A stretch of DNA of 36,192 nt from assembly GCA_026395855.1 (NCBI GenBank), contig JAPLXX010000046.1, positions 1 to 36,192 of the forward strand. Reading direction: 5' to 3'. The position numbers were made by a program, and so were the translations under genes. Each line of letters begins with the position of its first letter. Position 1 is the stretch's first letter. The stretch comes from Candidatus Pacearchaeota archaeon. Lineage in GTDB: Archaea > Nanobdellota > Nanobdellia > Pacearchaeales > GW2011-AR1. A model generated the notes under the pieces. It did no database searches, was not told the DNA's origin, and saw nothing but the letters and a program-made list of their open reading frames with translations. This document shows, piece after piece, positions 25,223-33,794 of this stretch.

Positions 25223-26065
25223 GTGCCTAAGAAAAAAAGTTTAACAAGGGAGTATATTGAAACAGTTGGACAAGTTTATAGAGAAAAAGGTCTTTTTCCT
25301 GCTATAGGTTATGAATTAAATTCTACTCTTCATTCTTTAGCATCAAGAATAGTAAATACTTTTGCGTTAATTAGTAATTCTAATCCGACTTATGATACTG
25401 ATCCGAATGGTGCTGGTGGTTGGAAGAAAGGTTCTACAGGAGAAAGGGAATATTTGGATAATTTGTGGGCAATTAACGCCCGTGCAAGGGGGAGACATGA
25501 ATTCTTATTAAGACAAAAGAGAATGAAATATATACCTTCGGGAGAAGAGGAGAGAATTGAATTAAGACATGGAGGTTCTTATGGTTATGAAATAATTTTA
25601 CATAAGCCAGGTAAGGAAGATAAATTGATAGCAGGTGTTGGAATTTCAAATATGGGAAAAAAACCAGAAAAACCATGGATAGTATCTAGTTACATTATGG
25701 GCAATCCAGATTATGGAATAGAATTAGACAAAATTAAAACTCTAGAAGAAGCAAATTCAATTGCATTAAGGCAAGCCAATAAACTAGCTAGAAAACTCAC
25801 ACGTCAGAGAAGATTACCCCTAGAACATTTAGTTATTGAAGATGATAAAGAAAGAGGAGAGAAAAGATTAGCAAATGAAATAGATTCTCTAAGATTAAGA
25901 AGAGTTTCTTCTATAATATTTCTTTTCGCAGGCATCACTCTTAGCGTTTTCTCTCTCCAATCAACAGGAAACGCAATAGGTAATTTAACAGGAACAAGCC
26001 AGGGTTTGTTAGGATTAATTTTTTTTGTTGTCGGCATCGCAGGTTTAGTTTTTTCTAAAAAATAA
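25223..26065 (+). CDS. hypothetical protein with C-terminal membrane anchor (GTG start)
   Basis: 280-aa ORF. The start codon at 25223 is GTG. There are two hydrophobic helices at the extreme C-terminus and no recognised domain. Confidence 0.45.
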   Translation: MPKKKSLTREYIETVGQVYREKGLFPAIGYELNSTLHSLASRIVNTFALISNSNPTYDTDPNGAGGWKKGSTGEREYLDNLWAINARARGRHEFLLRQKRMKYIPSGEEERIELRHGGSYGYEIILHKPGKEDKLIAGVGISNMGKKPEKPWIVSSYIMGNPDYGIELDKIKTLEEANSIALRQANKLARKLTRQRRLPLEHLVIEDDKERGEKRLANEIDSLRLRRVSSIIFLFAGITLSVFSLQSTGNAIGNLTGTSQGLLGLIFFVVGIAGLVFSKK

Positions 26066-26197
26066 TTTATATAAAAAATTGTTAATGATAAAAACTCGCT
26101 AAATTATATTAAACATATACTATTAATTTTATATTAAAATTATTTGATTCTTCTTAATCACCAAACATTTTATAAAATCCTCTTTTCTTCCATAAAA

Positions 26198-27133
26198 ATG
26201 GAACTAGACAAATCAAAAATTCTGGAAGCAGGAAAAATAACATCAGATGTAAGAGCATATGCAAGAACAATTGTAAAATCAGGAATTCCCCTTCTTGATA
26301 TATCTGAAAAAATAGAAGCTAAAATTATTGAACTCGGAGGAAAGCCGGCTTTTCCCTGCAATCTTTCAATAAATGAAATCGCAGCACATTACACTCCGAG
26401 CCATGATGATAAAACTCTTGCTCATGGATTAATCAAAGTTGATTTTGGAGTTCATATAGACGGCTATACAGCTGACAATTCTTTTTCGTTAGATTTAGAT
26501 AACAGCGAGGAAAATAAAAAATTAATATCTGCAAGCGAGGAAGCTTTGAGCAACGCGATAAAATTGATAGAAAATAAATTTGCTAAAGGGAAAAATGTTA
26601 ATAATAAATCGCGCCCAGATGATTCTAACTTAAAATTAAGTGAAATCGGTTCTGTAATTCAAACCACTATAGAAAAATCTGGATTTTCTCCAATCATAAA
26701 TCTCTCTGGCCACAGCATGGAGCAATACGAACTTCATGCAGGAATTACAATACCAAATATTGATGATAAAAGAAATATAAAGCTTTCAGAAGGGTTGTAT
26801 GCTATAGAACCATTTGCAACTACTGGTTCTGGAAAAATCAGAGATGGAAGATCTTCTGGCATATACAATTTAGAAGACACAAAAAAGCCAAGAAGTCCTT
26901 TAGCAAGAGAAGTCTTGGAATTTATTGAAAAAGAATATAACACGCTTCCATTTTGCTCGAGATGGGTTGTTAAAAAATTTGGAACCCGTGCTTTATTCGC
27001 TCTAAGCGAACTTGAAGCAAATGGAAATTTGCATCAATTTAATCAGCTTGTTGAAGTTTCAGGAAACAAAGTAAGCCAGGCAGAGCACACGATTCTTCTA
27101 GAAAAAGATAAGGTTATTGTTACGACGCTGTAG
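26198..27133 (+). CDS. map: methionine aminopeptidase, type 2 (archaeal)
   Basis: Metal-ligand motifs AAHYTP, DFGVHIDGYTAD, SGHSMEQYELHAG, YAIEPFATTG and QAEHTIL are present. The ATG at 26198 (MELDKSK) is preferred over the TTG at 26144. Confidence 0.88.
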   Translation: MELDKSKILEAGKITSDVRAYARTIVKSGIPLLDISEKIEAKIIELGGKPAFPCNLSINEIAAHYTPSHDDKTLAHGLIKVDFGVHIDGYTADNSFSLDLDNSEENKKLISASEEALSNAIKLIENKFAKGKNVNNKSRPDDSNLKLSEIGSVIQTTIEKSGFSPIINLSGHSMEQYELHAGITIPNIDDKRNIKLSEGLYAIEPFATTGSGKIRDGRSSGIYNLEDTKKPRSPLAREVLEFIEKEYNTLPFCSRWVVKKFGTRALFALSELEANGNLHQFNQLVEVSGNKVSQAEHTILLEKDKVIVTTL

Positions 27134-27136
27134 GTT

Positions 27137-27418
27137 TTAATCCCGCCAAAATTCAGGATAAAGTCTTCTTCCATCTTCAGGACAAACAGTGTGTGTAAGT
27201 CCGCCCTTCGTTAAATCAGGTGAATTAATATAATGTTTAATAACGCGGTCATAAAGAGAGGAATTATCACTTCTACTAATCCAAACATCTTCTCCATCTA
27301 AAGAAACCTTTATTTTTCCACATTCTTTTACAGAACATATCGGAAGAAAGCCCTCACTATCATTTAACATTAATTCTAATTTTTTAATAGCTTCTGTTTT
27401 TCTGTCTGCGTCTGTCAT
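27137..27418 (-). CDS. hypothetical protein
   Basis: 93-aa ORF with no recognised motif. Confidence 0.4.
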   Translation of the reverse strand: MTDADRKTEAIKKLELMLNDSEGFLPICSVKECGKIKVSLDGEDVWISRSDNSSLYDRVIKHYINSPDLTKGGLTHTVCPEDGRRLYPEFWRD

Positions 27419-27484
27419 AATTTCTCTAAGAATAATAAGCTTATAAATCCTTCTATCTTGTTATGACTATAAAGTGACAAGAAA

Positions 27485-29782
27485 TCACCCCAAATAGCTT
27501 CCTTCAAGAGGGATTGCTGCTTTTGCGCTTTTCACAAAAGTTTCTTCTATCTTCTTGTAAACTTCAAGCAATGGTTTGCTTACACTTGGTCTTACTTTTT
27601 TCATTGCTTCTTCAAAGTGCTTGTTTTTTATCTGCTTAGCTTCTTTCGATTCCCGAAGAGCAATCATAGCAGCTTCTCTTGTAAGAGCTTCAATATCTGC
27701 ACCAGTGTATCCGATTGTTTTCTTAGATAAATCAACTAAGTCAACATCTTTTGCAAGAGGCATTTTTTTAGTGTGAATTTTAAGTGTCTGAAGCCTTCCT
27801 TCTTCTTCGGCAGCTCCGACAAGCAAAATCTTGTCAAATCTTCCAGGTCTTAAAAGAGCAGGGTCAAGCATATCTGGCCTATTTGTAGCACCTATGACAA
27901 GAATATCATTTATATCTTCTAATCCATCCATTTCAGCCAGCATTTGATTCAAAACTCGTTCTGTTACTTTTGTTCCTACTTCAACACCCCTCTTACCTGC
28001 AAGAGCATCTATCTCATCAAAAAATATTATGCATGGTGCAACCTGCCTTGCTCTCTCAAAAACTTTCCTCATTCCTTCTTCTGACTTACCTACCCACATA
28101 CTCAATAAACTAGGACCTTTAACCTGAATGAAATTTGCTTCTGATTCTTTTGCAACAGCTTTTGCTAAAAGTGTTTTTCCTGTTCCGGGAGGGCCATAAA
28201 GAAGAATTCCTCTTGCAGGCCTTATTCCCATTCTTTCAAAAGTCTCAGGATGTTTTAGAGGCCATTCAACAGCTTCAATTAATTCTTCCTTAACTTTATT
28301 TAATCCACCTACATCATTCCATCCAACAGTTGGTGTTTCAACAAGAACTTCACGCATTGCGCTTGGACGAACAACTTTTAATGCTTCTAATATATCTTCA
28401 TTTTTTACTATTAATTTTTCAAGTATCTCAGCAGGAATTTCCTCGTCACCTTCCATTTTTATTTTTGGAAGTATTTTTCTGAGAACAATCATAGCTGATT
28501 CTTTGCACAAAGCTTCTAAATCAGCACCTACAAATCCATGAGTAACAGCAGCTATCTCGTCTAGATTTACATCTTTGGCAAGAGGCATCCCTCTTGAATG
28601 AATTTTCAAAATTGAAAGTCTTCCCACTTTTCCGGGAACATTTATTATAATTTCTCTGTCAAATCTTCCAGGACGCCTCAAAGCAGGATCTAATGAATTA
28701 ACTCTGTTTGTTGCGCCGATGACAATTACTTTTCCCCTTGATTTCAAACCGTCCATCATGGTTAGCAACTGAGAAACAACTCTTCGTTCAACTTCTCCTT
28801 GAACATCTTCTCTCTTCGGAGCCATTGCATCTATTTCATCAATGAAAATTATTGCAGGAGCTGTTTTCTCAGCTTCTTCAAAAATATCTCTTATCTTTTT
28901 TTCAGATTCTCCGTAAAATTTGCTCATTATCTCTGGTCCGTTTAATAAAATAAAGTTTGCCTCTGTTTCAGATGCAACAGCCTTGGCAAGAAGTGTTTTT
29001 CCTGTTCCTGGAGGGCCATGTAATAAAACGCCTTTTGGCGGCTCTATTCCTAATTTTTCAAAAATTTCAGGATGCTTCAAAGGAATTTCAACCATTTCTC
29101 TTATTTTTTTAATTTCATCTGATAATCCGCCAATATCTTCATAAGTTATTTCAGGTATGCTTTCTTCTGTTATATCAACAGCCTTAGGACTTAAAGTTAC
29201 CTGAGTATTTTCAGTTATTATAACGGGCTGAGAAGGGTTTGCACTAACAACAACAAATTTAATCTGAGTAAATCCACCGCCAAGCTGGCCAAATCCCATT
29301 CCTCCAAACATATCGCCAAGCATATCTCCCAGTTCTCCAGGAAGCTCTTCTGAAAATAAATCCCGTCTTCTCTGAACACCACCTAAAACAACAACATCTC
29401 CTTTTACCATTGCTCTTCCAAGCAATCCACGCCTTAGATTATCAGGTTCTGCCTGAACCATTATATTTTTTTGAGCAGGAGCTATCATTATTTTTTTTGC
29501 TTCCTTGACTTCTGCTTTGGAAATTTTAACACCCTCGCCAATTCCTGTTTTTGCATTTTTTCTGAGGATTCCGTCTATTCTTATTATTCCCTCGCCAGCA
29601 TCAGCGGGATATGCCCGGTCAGCTATGGCAACTGTTTCCCGATTTCCTTTTATTAAAATCACATCTCCTCTTTTTATTCCAAGCTCCCTCATTGCATCGC
29701 TGTCTATTCGCGCAATGCCTTTGTATGCATCATCCTGCTGCGCTTCAACAACTTTTAATTGAATTTCCTTTTTATCGGTCAT
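27485..29782 (-). CDS. cdc48: Cdc48/VCP-type AAA+ ATPase (two AAA domains)
   Basis: 765-aa ORF with a Cdc48 N-domain-like start and two Walker A copies of [15 protein letters not shown], each with its own Walker B ([16 protein letters not shown]). Confidence 0.93.
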   Translation of the reverse strand: MTDKKEIQLKVVEAQQDDAYKGIARIDSDAMRELGIKRGDVILIKGNRETVAIADRAYPADAGEGIIRIDGILRKNAKTGIGEGVKISKAEVKEAKKIMIAPAQKNIMVQAEPDNLRRGLLGRAMVKGDVVVLGGVQRRRDLFSEELPGELGDMLGDMFGGMGFGQLGGGFTQIKFVVVSANPSQPVIITENTQVTLSPKAVDITEESIPEITYEDIGGLSDEIKKIREMVEIPLKHPEIFEKLGIEPPKGVLLHGPPGTGKTLLAKAVASETEANFILLNGPEIMSKFYGESEKKIRDIFEEAEKTAPAIIFIDEIDAMAPKREDVQGEVERRVVSQLLTMMDGLKSRGKVIVIGATNRVNSLDPALRRPGRFDREIIINVPGKVGRLSILKIHSRGMPLAKDVNLDEIAAVTHGFVGADLEALCKESAMIVLRKILPKIKMEGDEEIPAEILEKLIVKNEDILEALKVVRPSAMREVLVETPTVGWNDVGGLNKVKEELIEAVEWPLKHPETFERMGIRPARGILLYGPPGTGKTLLAKAVAKESEANFIQVKGPSLLSMWVGKSEEGMRKVFERARQVAPCIIFFDEIDALAGKRGVEVGTKVTERVLNQMLAEMDGLEDINDILVIGATNRPDMLDPALLRPGRFDKILLVGAAEEEGRLQTLKIHTKKMPLAKDVDLVDLSKKTIGYTGADIEALTREAAMIALRESKEAKQIKNKHFEEAMKKVRPSVSKPLLEVYKKIEETFVKSAKAAIPLEGSYLG

Positions 29783-30197
29783 TTTGTTTTTGCTTTTTTA
29801 TTTCATTTAATTTTACAGCATTTAAGTTTGGGATGGTTTCTTTTCTGACTTCTTCATTTAATTTTCCGAAATTCAGACTTAATCTTCCGAAATCCTCAAA
29901 ACAAAGTTTTACCATGTCATCCATAATTTTCTCCTGTTCTCTGATAAATGAAACAATTTCTTTTGGTATTGACACAGCATAGCTATTTCCTACAAGTCTC
30001 ATTTTTACATGAAACTCCTTGTTTCTCAGATTGGCGAATCTGGAAAATTCCTGCTCATCTGCCGGATGAATTATTTTAGAGCCGCATTTTTGGCAGACAA
30101 CAGCTCTTAAAAGAAAACCACTTTTGGCTATCTTTACCTTTTGCATTGGAGTGTTGCAGTTTCTGCAAAGTATTGAGTTGTCAAAAATGTCGTTCAT
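29772..30197 (-). CDS. zinc-ribbon plus AbrB/SpoVT-like domain protein
   Basis: 141-aa ORF with an N-terminal CRNC...CQKC ribbon followed by VGNSYAVSIPKEIV, the AbrB/MazE/SpoVT looped-hinge signature. Its 3' end overlaps the cdc48 start by 11 nt. Confidence 0.6.
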   Translation of the reverse strand: MNDIFDNSILCRNCNTPMQKVKIAKSGFLLRAVVCQKCGSKIIHPADEQEFSRFANLRNKEFHVKMRLVGNSYAVSIPKEIVSFIREQEKIMDDMVKLCFEDFGRLSLNFGKLNEEVRKETIPNLNAVKLNEIKKQKQNDR

Positions 30198-30247
30198 GTT
30201 TGATTATGAAGCCGTATCTAAAAGACACGGCGGTTGAAAAGAGGTTG

Positions 30248-30282
30248 GTATACACTTCATTGTATACACAATAAATATACAC
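30248..30282. promoter_or_regulatory. three direct repeats of (G)TATACAC at about 14-nt spacing
   Basis: GTATACAC at 30248..30255 and 30262..30269, and TATACAC at 30276..30282. They lie in the divergent intergenic region between the AbrB-like/cdc48 operon and the signal peptidase gene. Confidence 0.4.
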
Positions 30283-30286
30283 TATT

Positions 30287-30312
30287 TAAATATTTCGGTG
30301 GCGAAATATTTA
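30287..30312. promoter_or_regulatory. 11-bp perfect inverted repeat TAAATATTTCG-gtgg-CGAAATATTTA
   Basis: The arms are 30287..30297 and 30302..30312 with a 4-nt spacer, about 60 nt upstream of the signal peptidase ATG. Confidence 0.4.
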
Positions 30313-30370
30313 TTTTATAAAAGATATTTTCTGCCAAACACTTTAAAAACTCTCACGAATTAAGTCTCTA

Positions 30371-31000
30371 ATGGCTTTGGAAAAAGAGGCAAAAGGATTT
30401 TGGAGAAAATTTTGGTTTCTTCTATGGAAAGATGATAGCCTCATGGGCTGGATTTTCTCTCTGATTTTCCTTTTTGTTTTCATAAAACTGATTTTCTTTC
30501 CAGGACTAAGCCTTGTAACAGGAACATCGCTTCCTTTGGCAATTGTAGAGTCCTGCAGCATGTATCACGACGGCAATTTATTCAGCAACCAAGACACCTG
30601 GTGGGCAGATCATGAGAATAAATATTCTTCTTATATAATAAACAATCTGGATTTTGACAGTTTTACTATGAAACACGGATTTAACAAAGGAGATATTCTT
30701 TTCATAATAAAGGCAAATCCTGAAAAGCTTAAGCAGGGAGATATTATAATCTTCAATGTTAATCAAAAAAATCCTGTTATACACAGAATAATGGAAATAA
30801 AAGACACTCCAAGCGGAAAGCTATTCTCAACAATAGGAGATAATAACAATGGACAACTGAGTTTTGAGCAGGATATAACAGAAAATCAAATTGTCGGAAA
30901 AGCTGTTGTAAAAGTTGCTCCCTATTTTGGATGGGTAAAGCTCATATTTTATGACTGGCAAAAACCTGCCTCAGAAAGAGGATTTTGCGATGAAAATTAA
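30371..31000 (+). CDS. signal peptidase I, archaeal/Sec11 type (S26B)
   Basis: 209-aa ORF with an N-terminal TM helix, a catalytic Ser box VESCSMYH and the conserved GDNNNG box. Confidence 0.8.
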   Translation: MALEKEAKGFWRKFWFLLWKDDSLMGWIFSLIFLFVFIKLIFFPGLSLVTGTSLPLAIVESCSMYHDGNLFSNQDTWWADHENKYSSYIINNLDFDSFTMKHGFNKGDILFIIKANPEKLKQGDIIIFNVNQKNPVIHRIMEIKDTPSGKLFSTIGDNNNGQLSFEQDITENQIVGKAVVKVAPYFGWVKLIFYDWQKPASERGFCDEN

Positions 31001-31129
31001 AAAGTTAGTGCTGATAGCGAAGAGGTTATATAATAGAGGACAGTAAAACAAATAAGTTTATTAACGCCCTATATTTAACTTAAAATTAACCTGATAATCA
31101 ATTAAAATTAACAAAAATCAATAAATAAA

Positions 31130-31438
31130 ATGGAATTTTGTCCAAAGTGTGGGGCTGTTCTGATTCAAAAAAGAAAAAACGACGGATGCATTAGATGTAA
31201 TTATTCTTCAAAATCAAAAGCGAAGCTAAAAACTTCTGAAAAAATGAATGAAAAGAAAGAAGTTGCGATAATTAGGGAAAAAGATGTTGAAATTTATCCG
31301 ATTGTTGAGGGAGAATGTAAAAAATGCAGCCATAATAAACTATATTTCTGGACTATGCAGACAAGATCAACAGATGAGTCAGAAACCAAGTTCTTCAAGT
31401 GTGTTAAATGCGAGTTCACCTGGCGGGAATATCGTTGA
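31130..31438 (+). CDS. tfs: transcription factor S (TFS / RpoM-like)
   Basis: 102-aa ORF with an N-terminal ribbon CPKCG...CIRC and a C-terminal ribbon CKKCSH...CVKC. The TFIIS-type acidic loop QTRSTDE is present. Confidence 0.88.
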   Translation: MEFCPKCGAVLIQKRKNDGCIRCNYSSKSKAKLKTSEKMNEKKEVAIIREKDVEIYPIVEGECKKCSHNKLYFWTMQTRSTDESETKFFKCVKCEFTWREYR

Positions 31439-31611
31439 GTATGAAATAGTTTTAATAAAGAGAATTATTAATTAGCAGGGTTCTATTAACATTAACAATG
31501 AACCTAAACTATTAGTGATAAAATTGATGCTACTAAATTATATTATCATTAAGATTAAGTTAATAACCATCTTCTGCTAAACTTTAAAAACATTCTTTAA
31601 TTATATCAATC

Positions 31612-32163
31612 ATGGAAGAAGAGGAGGCAGATATTCAATATTTAGGAGAGACTTCTGAAGTCAGATTTGCTATTCAGACTTATCATGATATTTTCTCAGA
31701 TTTTGACCCTCGTCCTCTGGCTCAAAGAGGATTATCAGAGGATTTTCTCTCTGAAGCAAAAAGGGCAGCAATTGTTAAAGAGGCTGAAAAAATAGATTTT
31801 ATATTTATGGTCCCTAAAAAAGAGAGAAATTTAAATGAAGAGGGAAAAATAGAAAGCAGGCTGAGGGAATATTTCAGAAAGCATTTTGGAATCCTGCAGA
31901 AAGAAAAAAATAAAGTGCTGAAACAGGGGATTATTTTTACAATAATTGGAACAATCTTGATGCTTTTTGCCACATTTTTGCTGTTCAAATTCAAGAATAC
32001 AAATTTGATTGCAAGTTTCTTCACTGTCCTTCTCGAACCAGGCGGATGGTTTTTGTTCTGGGAAGGCCTGCATCAAATTGTATTTGAATCAAAAAGATCA
32101 GATCCAAATATAGAATTCCACAAGAAGATGTGCAACGCCAGAATAAGATTTAGTTCTGTGTAA
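31612..32163 (+). CDS. hypothetical membrane protein
   Basis: 183-aa ORF with an acidic N-terminus and two hydrophobic helices near the C-terminus. Confidence 0.45.
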   Translation: MEEEEADIQYLGETSEVRFAIQTYHDIFSDFDPRPLAQRGLSEDFLSEAKRAAIVKEAEKIDFIFMVPKKERNLNEEGKIESRLREYFRKHFGILQKEKNKVLKQGIIFTIIGTILMLFATFLLFKFKNTNLIASFFTVLLEPGGWFLFWEGLHQIVFESKRSDPNIEFHKKMCNARIRFSSV

Positions 32164-32219
32164 GATTAATTTGATTAGGAAAGGTTTTTTAAAACAAGTA
32201 ATTTAATCTAAGTAAGTAA

Positions 32220-32333
32220 GGCTCTGATTTGACCACGCTTGGACGAAGCAGTGACAAATTTCAGAGAAATTTGGCTCCGTAGCTCTTTCCTAAGTTACGT
32301 CTGGAAACGAGTGAGGAGACTGAACGAAGTGAA
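32220..32333 (+). ncRNA. leader-repeat copy C plus an extended leader of tRNA-Lys (contains a 13-nt duplicate of the tRNA 5' end)
   Basis: 32222..32258 matches copy A at 27 of 37 positions ungapped. CTCTGATTTG (32222..32231) pairs with CAAAT-tt-CAGAG (32255..32266) around the core. It begins about 25-30 nt after the TATA-like tract ttttttaaaa. Confidence 0.6.
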
Positions 32334-32407
32334 GGCTCCGTAGCTCAGCTTGGTAGAGCACTGGACTCTTAATCCAGGTGTCGTGGGTTCAAATCCCATC
32401 GGGGCCA
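32334..32407 (+). tRNA. tRNA-Lys (anticodon CUU)
   Basis: Hand-folded cloverleaf: acceptor GGCTCCG/CGGGGCC, D stem GCTC/GAGC, anticodon stem CTGGA/TCCAG with loop CTCTTAA, T arm GTGGG-TTCAAAT-CCCAT, discriminator A. Confidence 0.9.
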
Positions 32408-32412
32408 TTTTT
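32408..32412 (+). terminator. oligo-T terminator after tRNA-Lys
   Basis: A run of five T lies directly after the discriminator base. Confidence 0.55.
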
Positions 32413-32457
32413 ATCCAGAATATAAATTCTTAAAAAGCAAATAATTCAACTAAGATT

Positions 32458-32727
32458 ATGACAGATTACTTTTTATACAAAGCTATAGAAGCATCAGGAA
32501 TAAATTATTATTTTAGAGAAGGGGACCCTGTTAGTGGGGAAATTTCAACAGATTTTAATAATCTTGAAAAAATGGCTGATTTACTTTTCCCTTTAAATCT
32601 GGGAGATATGGTTTTAACTATTCCAGGACCCAGGGCAGAAATAACAGAGAGAGGATTTATTATGGAAATTCCCTTAACGCAAAAAGAATTAAGAATGATT
32701 ATGAGAAGATGTAAAGTTAAAGAATAA
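32458..32727 (+). CDS. hypothetical protein
   Basis: 89-aa ORF with no recognised motif. Confidence 0.4.
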   Translation: MTDYFLYKAIEASGINYYFREGDPVSGEISTDFNNLEKMADLLFPLNLGDMVLTIPGPRAEITERGFIMEIPLTQKELRMIMRRCKVKE

Positions 32728-32739
32728 ATTATCTTCTAT

Positions 32740-32782
32740 GCTTTCATTTGACCAATCCTGGGAGAATGAATGAACAAATTTG
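32740..32782 (+). repeat. leader-repeat degenerate copy D (no tRNA downstream)
   Basis: GCTTTCATTTGACCA matches copy C (GCTCTGATTTGACCA) at 13 of 15 positions. ACAAATTT recurs at nearly the same spacing (27 vs 26 nt). The middle GAGAATGAATGAA resembles copy A's GAGTGAATGAAA. Confidence 0.5.
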
Positions 32783-32980
32783 TTAAAATTTGTGCTTAAA
32801 ATACTCAATCTGCCTGAATCTTTTCAAAACCCTTTTGTATGAACCTTTTGGAACAAGAACTTTTGTCTTTGCCTCGTTCAGCAGGCGAAAATCATATTCT
32901 CCAACACCTTCTTTTAGCTTTGCTTTTCCAGGATATTTTTTCCAGCGTGTTTCTTTCTTTAGCTTGTATTGAAGAACCAT
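32783..32980 (-). CDS. hypothetical small basic protein
   Basis: 65-aa Lys-rich ORF, bracketed by the inverted repeat copies D and F. Confidence 0.35.
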   Translation of the reverse strand: MVLQYKLKKETRWKKYPGKAKLKEGVGEYDFRLLNEAKTKVLVPKGSYKRVLKRFRQIEYFKHKF

Positions 32981-33100
32981 TTTTTATCATAGAAAAAACA
33001 ATAACTTACTATTAAACTTTTTCTTCCATTAACCTGGGTAAGTGGGTGAGAAAGAGATAATCAAAAATAAAAAGAAATAAAAAATTCTACCACATACTAA

Positions 33101-33144
33101 CTCTTGCTATTTCTTCACATTTCTCGGGCGGTAGTTCAAATCAG
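33101..33144 (-). repeat. leader-repeat degenerate copy F (inverted orientation)
   Basis: The reverse complement reads CTGATTTGAACTACCGCCCGAGAAATGTGAAGAAATAGCAAGAG. It shares CTGATTTGA, GAGAA and TGAA-AAAT blocks with copies C and D. It starts 2 nt after the stop of the wHTH gene. Confidence 0.45.
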
Positions 33145-33146
33145 AA

Positions 33147-33428
33147 TTATCTTATAAGCTTCTGAATGTTTTCAATCGCATCTGCAACTTCTCTGCCTTT
33201 CTTGGTCAATCTTATAATTTTTATCCGCCCTCTTTTTTCAAAATCGACCAGGCTCAAAGCCTCAAGTGTCTGCAGAATCTTTACTGCATGGCTGTAAGTG
33301 CAATCCACTTCCTTAGCCAGAATACTACCATACCTCATCCTTGTATTCTTTTTCAAAGAAACCAGCATCAAAGCCGGCTTTCTCCTAAAAAAGATATCAA
33401 AGTTATCTTTCATTTTGGATGGTTCCAT
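33147..33428 (-). CDS. small winged helix-turn-helix transcriptional regulator
   Basis: 93-aa ORF. YGSILAKEVDCTYSHAVKILQTLEALSLVDFEKRGRIKIIRLTKKG fits an HTH plus wing layout of ArsR/MarR type. Confidence 0.6.
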   Translation of the reverse strand: MEPSKMKDNFDIFFRRKPALMLVSLKKNTRMRYGSILAKEVDCTYSHAVKILQTLEALSLVDFEKRGRIKIIRLTKKGREVADAIENIQKLIR

Positions 33429-33514
33429 TTTAATGTATATATCCCATCAGGCATGTACTTTTAAATCTTTTGGAAAAGCATATTTTATAATATCTAATAA
33501 TCAGAAATAGATTA

Positions 33515-33718
33515 TTATTTTCTCTTAGCAACAAAATAATAGATAATTGCCCCTAGAATTCCTGTTAGAATAATAACCAGCACCCACACTATCTTTTCAG
33601 TGTCATTTTTAAATTTTCTCTTGATAGAATCAATAAGCATCATAATCCAAAAAACAAATGCTGCAATAGAAATTGCAATTAAAAGAAAAATCGCTGCCAA
33701 TATCAGGATAATTTCCAT
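33515..33718 (-). CDS. small 2-TM membrane protein (PLD nuclease N-terminal-like)
   Basis: 67-aa ORF with two hydrophobic helices separated by a basic loop. The second helix pattern WVLVIILTGILGAIIYYF is typical of the PLDc_N family. Confidence 0.45.
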   Translation of the reverse strand: MEIILILAAIFLLIAISIAAFVFWIMMLIDSIKRKFKNDTEKIVWVLVIILTGILGAIIYYFVAKRK

Positions 33719-33794
33719 ATTAAAAGCTAGATAATTTAATATTTAAAACTATTCATTCGCAACATTTATTAAAGAACACACCTCTTTTCAAGCA

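Noticed and set aside
26144-26197. TTG-initiated N-terminal extension of methionine aminopeptidase (MILLNHQTFYKILFSSIK).
   Set aside because: The extension is hydrophobic junk lying over promoter-like AT-rich sequence. The ATG at 26198 gives a normal MetAP N-terminus.
29772-29782. Possible frameshift or fusion between the AbrB-like ORF and cdc48.
   Set aside because: Both ORFs are complete with their own start and stop codons. An 11-nt overlap is consistent with the other overlaps in this compact window.
33121-33146. tRNA T-arm-like string GGTAGTTCAAATC.
   Set aside because: No acceptor, D or anticodon arms can be built on either strand. The string is part of repeat copy F read in reverse.
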